Positions 58,218 through 64,000 of a DNA stretch of 64,000 nucleotides are shown here, piece by piece. A program made the translations under genes and the position numbers. Position 1 is the stretch's first letter. The number at the start of each line of letters is the position of its first letter. The DNA is from a virus: the IMG/VR virus record IMGVR_UViG_3300006735_000018, positions 1-64,000 of that record; one strand, written 5' to 3'. Below the pieces are notes generated by a model. The model did not search any database. It was not told the DNA's origin and saw only the letters and a list, made by a program, of their open reading frames with translations.

Positions 58218-60398
58218 TTATGATGGTGTAGTAACATTTAAACCAGCTAGACTAGTACCTATAGCCTGTATTACTGTTGGGTCTAGTGCTGACATTATTT
58301 GTTTTGGTGTTAGTCTTATTGTATTACCATCATACATAATTTCTAAAGGGTTGAATACGACGTTAACCGTGTTACCCCCACCACCAGTAGTACTGTTGTT
58401 TATATAATTAGATATAACGTTTTGTCCTTCTGGTGTGTTTTCTAAATAACTATTTATCATATTAGGGTCATACCCTGGATAAGCTCCACCTGTGGCCGCC
58501 CCACCAGTAGAACTACCTCTTTCTGTATTTCTCATAGATTCATCAAGAGCTGGTGATACTGGACTACCAGACATACCTGGAACTCTATCTAAGAAATTTG
58601 GGATAAATTCACCAAAATCACCCATTATGTCCACTAAATTATTACCAGTCGCTCCAGTTCCTGCGGTAACCCCACCTAAACCTTCACCAAGTAAAAAATT
58701 ACCTAATCCAGATTGAGCTAGTTCACCAGCAAAATCTTTAGCTGTAGTACCTAATAATCCAGATGCTGCAGCTTGTGTCATTAAATTTTGTATTATAGCT
58801 GTATTTGCTGCCATACCCTCTTGTACCGAAAGTTGGGCCTTGTTAACATCTTCTAGGTTCATTGTATCCTTTTGGGATTGTTTTTGTATTTTTGCTAGTA
58901 GTTCTCCACCATCTTTCGCAAAAACCTCACCTAATTCATCAAAAGATAATTCTTTATCACCAAGAGTTAACGAAAACGTACCGTCAGGATTAATGTCAGC
59001 CATAGAAGCTATTAATTCTTTATCCTCTTGACTAAGTTCTGGTATACCACCTAATTTACCAATTGCTTGTGTTCTTTTAGCGGCTTTAATTGCTGTTTCT
59101 GCAAGATTATTATAATCTTGACCTGTAGCTTCAGCTATAGATTTTAACCTCATTCTTTCCCCTGGTGATATACCAAACTCACCCGTTTCTTTATTAAAGG
59201 TTACCGCACTTTCTGCTGTTTTTACAATAGCATCCTGTAGACCCTCGACATCATTTTGAGCCATATACATTAACTGGAATGGGTCTAATAGTTCACTAGC
59301 GGCACCACCAATCATTTGTAATTTTGAAGCCATTTCAATCGCACCTTCAGGTGTAAAAGCTTTGTCTGCCATCTGTAACGCGTTTTCGAAATTATAACCC
59401 AATACTTGAGCTTTAGCTACCATTTCAGATAAACCGTTTACACCGTTTTGAAAACCGTAAGTGTTTATCTTATCTATGTTAGCTTCTACTTGTGGTAAGA
59501 ATTTTGAAACTACAGCACCAAATCTACCAGCTGTAGCTATAGCGTCTTTAGTAATTTCTACAGCTTCTTTGGAACCGATACCAATTCTATCAAACTGTGC
59601 TATAGTATTTGACATATCAATGTCGTATATTTCTTCTAGTTTTGCTGCACCGACTATAGCTTCTTTTGGTAATATAAAAGCCCTACCGGTATCTTCGGCT
59701 GTTTCTTTTAACATCTTCATAGCGTCGTTAGCGGTTAAAGCCCAACCCATAAAGTCCGCTGAAGCATCGGTTACAGTTTTTATAATATCATCCATGAAGA
59801 CTTCATCCATCCCCATAGTGTTTATTATATCTTTACGCATTTGGTCGGTTAAAGATATAATATCCAAGTATGTACCTAAAGCTTCAGTACTTTTAAACTC
59901 ACCCTGGGCCCCTTGAGCAATTAAGTCAGTCATGTTTTGCATCATCTGCATAGACTCACCTAAAGTTAAATCAGCTTGACTTCTGGCTTGTGATAGTTCT
60001 TTTAACATTTTACCCAGTTCGGTAGATGTTGTAGAAAAATCATTGTAGTCTGACCTTCCAGGGTCATCAGTATCAATACCCTTTCTTCTTAAGTAATCTG
60101 CTACCGCTCTATCAAAACTAGACTGAGTTACTGTAACGTCACCACCACTTTCATCTTTTAAGATTACTTGGTATGATGGTAATGGATTTTTTATTCCTAA
60201 TTTTTTTGCTAATTCTAATGAAACTATATTACCTTTAGGTCCTAATTTTTTAATGGATTTTACCCTAGCAGTATAATTTGGTTCATCTACTGTGTTAAAA
60301 ATACCTAAGGGTACACCTAATTCTGGATGTGAGGCTAAATAGGGTTTACCGTGTGATAGAAACCCCTCAATATGAAGTTGTTTACTTGTATTAAACAT
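58218..60398 (-). CDS. Probable tape measure protein
   Basis: A/M/Q-rich helical protein with Gly-rich C-terminus, directly after tube and chaperone genes. Confidence 0.7.
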   Translation of the reverse strand: MFNTSKQLHIEGFLSHGKPYLASHPELGVPLGIFNTVDEPNYTARVKSIKKLGPKGNIVSLELAKKLGIKNPLPSYQVILKDESGGDVTVTQSSFDRAVADYLRRKGIDTDDPGRSDYNDFSTTSTELGKMLKELSQARSQADLTLGESMQMMQNMTDLIAQGAQGEFKSTEALGTYLDIISLTDQMRKDIINTMGMDEVFMDDIIKTVTDASADFMGWALTANDAMKMLKETAEDTGRAFILPKEAIVGAAKLEEIYDIDMSNTIAQFDRIGIGSKEAVEITKDAIATAGRFGAVVSKFLPQVEANIDKINTYGFQNGVNGLSEMVAKAQVLGYNFENALQMADKAFTPEGAIEMASKLQMIGGAASELLDPFQLMYMAQNDVEGLQDAIVKTAESAVTFNKETGEFGISPGERMRLKSIAEATGQDYNNLAETAIKAAKRTQAIGKLGGIPELSQEDKELIASMADINPDGTFSLTLGDKELSFDELGEVFAKDGGELLAKIQKQSQKDTMNLEDVNKAQLSVQEGMAANTAIIQNLMTQAAASGLLGTTAKDFAGELAQSGLGNFLLGEGLGGVTAGTGATGNNLVDIMGDFGEFIPNFLDRVPGMSGSPVSPALDESMRNTERGSSTGGAATGGAYPGYDPNMINSYLENTPEGQNVISNYINNSTTGGGGNTVNVVFNPLEIMYDGNTIRLTPKQIMSALDPTVIQAIGTSLAGLNVTTPS

Positions 60399-60412
60399 AT
60401 AGTCCTTTAAAC

Positions 60413-60420
60413 TATAAATA
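60413..60420 (-). promoter_or_regulatory. TATTTATA motif, putative phage promoter
   Basis: Between the stop of the +1 extension (60422) and the tape measure ATG (60398). Confidence 0.55.
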
Positions 60421-60421
60421 T

Positions 60422-60622
60422 TTACCTTCTGCTTTTATTACGAGCTTGTTCGATTTCTTTATTTCTTTTCTCTATTTCTTCTACAAATTTATCTAAATAA
60501 AATCTCCTTTCAAATATTGGCATATTTAAAATATCTTCTCTAGTAAAATTAAAGTTTTTTGTTAAGTAGTAAATCTCTCCCAACAGGGCATACCTATAGC
60601 CCGAAGAAAGGACGAAAAAAGT
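60422..60622 (-). CDS. Tail assembly chaperone extension (gpT analogue), +1 frame, probably reached by frameshift
   Basis: Open frame of 66 sense codons (TFFVLSSGYRYALLGEIYYLTKNFNFTREDILNMPIFERRFYLDKFVEEIEKRNKEIEQARNKSRR) overlapping the chaperone 3' end, with no good upstream start. Confidence 0.75.
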   Translation of the reverse strand, partial: TFFVLSSGYRYALLGEIYYLTKNFNFTREDILNMPIFERRFYLDKFVEEIEKRNKEIEQARNKSRR

Positions 60623-61373
60623 TCAAACCGAAATTAATATTGTATGTTATTTTTTCACCAGAAGGTGCGATAGCTACTTTACTAACATCTAAACCTGGTT
60701 CTACAGAAGTTAAAAACTTTTTAATTTCTTGAGCGTCTCTTAAAGGTAAAGTATGGATTGTGCTAGATATAGTCATTGGGTCTTTTTCACCACTAATTTC
60801 TACAATACTTTTTTCCAAACGTTTAGTAGCCATAGGTTTTACTTTCATACCTTCATAACTTTTTTCTAACTCTGATAATTCTAATTTATCTTGTGGTGTC
60901 AATAATCTTAATTTACAAACCTTACCTGAAACTGGTAGTTTATATTCAAATAAACCGTCTTTGTCTGGTTCTACAGTAACTTCTTTAGTTTTTAAAACAG
61001 ATAAGTCTTCAACGTGTTCAAACTCTTTACCTGTTTTTGGGTCTGTTAATTTAAATCTATATTCTGGACCAAAACCTGTATTTCTTAGAAAAACAAAAAT
61101 AGCTTGTTTATCACATTCAGCTAAATTCATTACATCAACATCTTTATCTAAAACTTTTGCCTTTAATAGCGTATCCATTAACTCACCTGATTGGGATAGA
61201 CTAGGTGATGTTAAAATATTTTCATCAGCTGCTGTTAAATAAGCTACCTTTAAAGTTTTTTTATTATTAGCGTAAAAAATACCTTTAGATGGTAATTCTA
61301 CAATATCGTAAGATATGTTAGGTGAAATTTCTGGTGTTTGCATGTTTTCCATTCTATATAGTTTTATTAACAA
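60594..61373 (-). CDS. Tail assembly chaperone / baseplate hub assembly protein (T4 gp26-like, gpG analogue)
   Basis: VELPSKGIFY, LTAADENIL, D..AIFVFLR..GFG, LPVSG, PGLD, NFFRP; between tube and tape measure. True start may be the MENMQ ATG slightly downstream. Confidence 0.75.
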   Translation of the reverse strand: MLIKLYRMENMQTPEISPNISYDIVELPSKGIFYANNKKTLKVAYLTAADENILTSPSLSQSGELMDTLLKAKVLDKDVDVMNLAECDKQAIFVFLRNTGFGPEYRFKLTDPKTGKEFEHVEDLSVLKTKEVTVEPDKDGLFEYKLPVSGKVCKLRLLTPQDKLELSELEKSYEGMKVKPMATKRLEKSIVEISGEKDPMTISSTIHTLPLRDAQEIKKFLTSVEPGLDVSKVAIAPSGEKITYNINFGLNFFRPFFGL

Positions 61374-61438
61374 TAATATAAAAATTATTTATTAAGTGAA
61401 TAAAAATTCACAAATATCTACTATAAGTAGTATAAAAC

Positions 61439-61462
61439 AAAAAACCCACATAATTGTGGGTT
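61439..61462 (-). terminator. Rho-independent terminator after tail tube gene
   Basis: AACCCACA-atta-TGTGGGTTTTTT. Confidence 0.8.
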
Positions 61463-61487
61463 CTTTAAATATATTTTTAAAATTAAA

Positions 61488-61976
61488 TTAGTAAACTAAT
61501 ATACATCTATCTGGTCTTAATGTTGCTGCTATGTTAGCCATACCTTCATCACTATAAGATAAATCGTTAAAATTAACATCGGTTAAGAAACAACCTTGTA
61601 ATACCCATTTTTCTACAACAACACCTGTTGGGTCTAACATCTCTAAATCTAGATTCTTTTTATATCCTGCAGCATAACCCATTCTACCAGTTACCGACTC
61701 AGCGTGTAATCTAACCCACTCCATAAGTGCTTGTGAAGCAGAAGGACCAATAGGGTCTCTAAACGTAACATTTATTGTGTTCCAAGTAAATCTACCAGCT
61801 ACGTAAGTTGATGTGTTTAGAAAAGGTATCTCTACGGAACCTATAGTAACTTGTGGTCTTGATGTACTTTCTACGTACCATTCGTTAATACCCAGTGAAG
61901 AATCAAATCTCATTATAAACCTATTCTTTTTCTTTGGTTCATAAGGTACGGGCATTTTCATTAATAAATCGGCCAT
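61488..61976 (-). CDS. Tail tube protein (T4 gp19-like)
   Basis: EPKKKNRF, YVAGRFTWNTINVTFRD, GYKK, VVEKWVLQGCF, LSY motifs. Confidence 0.9.
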   Translation of the reverse strand: MADLLMKMPVPYEPKKKNRFIMRFDSSLGINEWYVESTSRPQVTIGSVEIPFLNTSTYVAGRFTWNTINVTFRDPIGPSASQALMEWVRLHAESVTGRMGYAAGYKKNLDLEMLDPTGVVVEKWVLQGCFLTDVNFNDLSYSDEGMANIAATLRPDRCILVY

Positions 61977-62009
61977 ATTGTTTTAATTTTTAATTTTTGT
62001 TATTTGTTA

Positions 62010-62055
62010 ATAAATATAATGTACTTTAATTATTTACTCTATATATCTATAAATA
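62010..62055 (-). promoter_or_regulatory. TATTTAT(A) motifs upstream of tail tube
   Basis: Copies at 62010-62016 and 62048-62055. Confidence 0.55.
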
Positions 62056-62076
62056 TATCGTTGCAGCAAAATAATA

Positions 62077-62937
62077 TTAATCATCTATTTTAGATACTAT
62101 AATTTTGTTTTTTTCTCCTTTTGAGGTATCATATATAAAAAAGTTTACTCCAGGATATTCTATTTGTAATTCTTTATCAATAAAATCAATAATAGCTTCT
62201 ATATTTCTTCTATCGTCATCACTAAAACCAATACTTAATCTATCATATTCACCATTAGTTAGTTTTTTAACACCTTCTACTACTTTTTTAACATAATCTC
62301 TTAAAGCTATTTTTTTACCTTCTTCTGGTCTGTCAGCGTCAGAATCTAAACCAAATTTATCTTTAAATTCTGTGGATGTTACGGGAGAATAATCATTTTG
62401 TGATAAATAAAAATCTATTTTTTCTTCCATATTCATGTCTTGTGTTGATGGGTATGTTTTTTCTATGTTTTCTAACATAAATTTTACTTCTTTTGGTTCA
62501 AATGTCATTCCAATTAATAACCTAACCCCCTCTTTAATTGCATGTGGTGGTGTACCTCTAGCTGTTATTATTGAAAATGGATTAGCGTAAATTAACGACT
62601 CTTTAAATTTTTCAAAACTAGGGGCAAACTTTTTATCCTCTATTGCCTTTTTAACATCTGTTATAAATGTTTGTGGCTCTGCAAAATCCATAAAAGAATA
62701 ATCCGTCAATCTATAGTCTGAATCATCACGAACTATAGCAAAATCTTCAGTACTAACATTTACCGGTACCCAGTCAAAACCATCTTTTTTTTCCATCTTA
62801 ATTTCTGTAGGCATATAAAGGATATTATCGTCCCAATCAAAAGAGTATCCTCTTATTTTATCGGTTGTTATTACCTCACCAATCTCACTTACAAGTTTTG
62901 TAAATTGTTTTTCTGTTATTATTAGGTTTTTAGACAT
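62077..62937 (-). CDS. HAD-superfamily-like protein with N-terminal IITEKQ leader
   Basis: Motif I FDWDDNI, motif II IITARG, a conserved-type K (GKK), motif IV GFSDDD. Confidence 0.65.
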   Translation of the reverse strand: MSKNLIITEKQFTKLVSEIGEVITTDKIRGYSFDWDDNILYMPTEIKMEKKDGFDWVPVNVSTEDFAIVRDDSDYRLTDYSFMDFAEPQTFITDVKKAIEDKKFAPSFEKFKESLIYANPFSIITARGTPPHAIKEGVRLLIGMTFEPKEVKFMLENIEKTYPSTQDMNMEEKIDFYLSQNDYSPVTSTEFKDKFGLDSDADRPEEGKKIALRDYVKKVVEGVKKLTNGEYDRLSIGFSDDDRRNIEAIIDFIDKELQIEYPGVNFFIYDTSKGEKNKIIVSKIDD

Positions 62938-62941
62938 ATAC

Positions 62942-62949
62942 TATAAATA
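62942..62949 (-). promoter_or_regulatory. TATTTATA motif, putative phage promoter
   Basis: Between the 62962 terminator and ATG 62937. Confidence 0.55.
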
Positions 62950-62961
62950 TTTTAAATAGAT

Positions 62962-62992
62962 AAAAAAAAACGTGATGAAAAAACATCACGTT
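62962..62992 (-). terminator. Rho-independent terminator
   Basis: AACGTGATG-tttttt-CATCACGTTTTTTTTT after the 63020 gene. Confidence 0.8.
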
Positions 62993-63019
62993 AATTTATT
63001 GGTATTTTATAACAATCCT

Positions 63020-63778
63020 TTAACCTTTAATTGGATTATATGCCGTCCCCGCTTTATTGACTCTATTAAACCATTTTTTCATGCCTCTAATCTCTGATTC
63101 TGAAATAGGGTTTGTAGTTTTCAATTTTCTACCTTCGTAAGTTACATTGCCTTGTGTTGGTGGCGTTGGTTTTCCCTTACAAGGTACTTCTGGACAAGAT
63201 TTAGGACATTTTTTTCCAGGTACAAGACTGTATGGTTTTTGGCCTCTACATTTACAACACTTTTTCTTAGCAGATGATGTTGTTGGGTCTTCTGGGTCAA
63301 ATCCATGTCCGTCAGTACTGCTTCCACGTCCACTTTTTGTAGCTTGTTCCCCCATTTCTATTGCATTTGTTACAAGTTCATCAGGGTTTAAAGACGAACA
63401 CCCTTGTGGTGTCATTATTTGCCCAGGAGGACACGGAGCTTTTTGGCCAGTCAATGGTTTTGGTCTTGCTGGTGGAGTTTCACCAAATCCTTTAGGTTTT
63501 TCACCCATCTTACCCCTAGGTGTTGGGTCAGTTGGTGTTGGTTTAAGTGATGAAGGTTTTTTTCCCATTCTACCACCGATACCACTAGGGGTTGGGTTAG
63601 TAGGTGTTGGTTTATATATACTAGGTTTTTCGTCTCTTTTTTCGTTTATAAGTTTAATTAACCTTTGTAATTGTTCTTCACTAACTACCACTTTTTGTTT
63701 TTTACCTTTAGTGTAAGTTTTTTTATTAGTTTTTGGTAAACCTACCTCCTCTGAAAGTAATCTTTTTTTAAATTTCAT
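63020..63778 (-). CDS. Lys/Pro-rich low-complexity protein with Cys clusters (possible internal virion protein)
   Basis: KVVVSEEQLQRL motif, KPTPTxPTP repeats, CCKC..CPKSC..PC cluster; directly after sheath gene. Confidence 0.65.
   Translation of the reverse strand: MKFKKRLLSEEVGLPKTNKKTYTKGKKQKVVVSEEQLQRLIKLINEKRDEKPSIYKPTPTNPTPSGIGGRMGKKPSSLKPTPTDPTPRGKMGEKPKGFGETPPARPKPLTGQKAPCPPGQIMTPQGCSSLNPDELVTNAIEMGEQATKSGRGSSTDGHGFDPEDPTTSSAKKKCCKCRGQKPYSLVPGKKCPKSCPEVPCKGKPTPPTQGNVTYEGRKLKTTNPISESEIRGMKKWFNRVNKAGTAYNPIKG
63484..63631 (-). repeat. Degenerate coding tandem repeat (KPSxxKPTPTxPTP..MG) x2.5
   Basis: EKPSIYKPTPTNPTPSGIGGRMG / KKPSSLKPTPTDPTPRGKMG / EKPKG. Confidence 0.6.
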
Positions 63779-63787
63779 AATTGTCTA

Positions 63788-64000
63788 TTATATGTCTTCA
63801 AATGAAGCTCCTGTTGGAGTTATTAGGAATTCAATAAATATGAATTCTAGTGCTCTTGTTGGTTTGATGTAAATCTTACCGTTCATTTCATTTCTATCGA
63901 TTTCTTCTGGGTCATCTGATAATACAACTCTAAAGTCTGTTAAACCTCTATCTCTTCTTATAGAGTCTAAAATTGGGTTAACTAAGTCTAGGAATTGTTG
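63788..64000 (-). CDS. Contractile tail sheath protein, C-terminus (T4 gp18-like; partial)
   Basis: Manual translation QQFLDLVNPILDSIRRDRGLTDFRVVLSDDPEEIDRNEMNGKIYIKPTRALEFIFIEFLITPTGASFEDI* matches the sheath C-terminal signature. Confidence 0.92.
   Translation of the reverse strand, partial: QQFLDLVNPILDSIRRDRGLTDFRVVLSDDPEEIDRNEMNGKIYIKPTRALEFIFIEFLITPTGASFEDI

Noticed and set aside
63147-63716. 189-aa Gly-rich plus-strand ORF
   Set aside because: Mirror of the Pro-rich minus-strand gene (CCN codons read as Gly/Trp/Arg antisense).
4396-64000. Bacterial extracellular contractile injection system or tailocin locus
   Set aside because: Tail genes are interleaved with phage-type SSB, recombinase, helicase, primase and RNR, and no host housekeeping context is present.
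1-64000. Stop-codon reassignment as in some large phages
   Set aside because: Conserved genes are full-length in the standard code, coding density is high, and TAA, TAG and TGA all serve as real stops.

Overview
The window is an AT-rich, gene-dense segment of a large (probably jumbo) contractile-tailed dsDNA phage with T4-like modules. It uses the standard genetic code, and nearly all genes are on the minus strand. Read in the direction of transcription (right to left), it holds: tail sheath C-terminus; two inserted genes; tail tube; tail assembly chaperone with an unannotated +1-frame extension; probable tape measure; baseplate hub genes ending in an M23 peptidase; a replication/recombination block (SSB, RecA/UvsX, FKBP PPIase, 5'-3' exonuclease, DnaB-like helicase, class II RNR plus two small Cys proteins); gp25/gp6-like wedge genes; about 32 kb of large baseplate/fibre genes with Cys-rich and adhesin-like modules; then RuvC-like resolvase and primase. 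At the left end are a PD-(D/E)XK exonuclease, a modular nuclease-like protein and the start of an SbcD/gp47-like gene. A-rich leaders without Shine-Dalgarno sites and SprB/GCTDP-type modules suggest a Bacteroidota host (inference). Main candidates for novelty: (1) a +1 programmed frameshift at UUU_UUU_CGU in the tail chaperone; (2) a recurring KIxITExQxxxL leader on unrelated proteins, possibly a capsid-loading/cleavage tag; (3) a TATTTATA upstream motif, the reverse complement of the T4 late promoter; (4) Cys-rich adhesin-decorated and membrane-spanning baseplate proteins. No tRNA, rRNA, CRISPR array or transposon was recognised. All family calls come from motif recognition by eye, not database searches.
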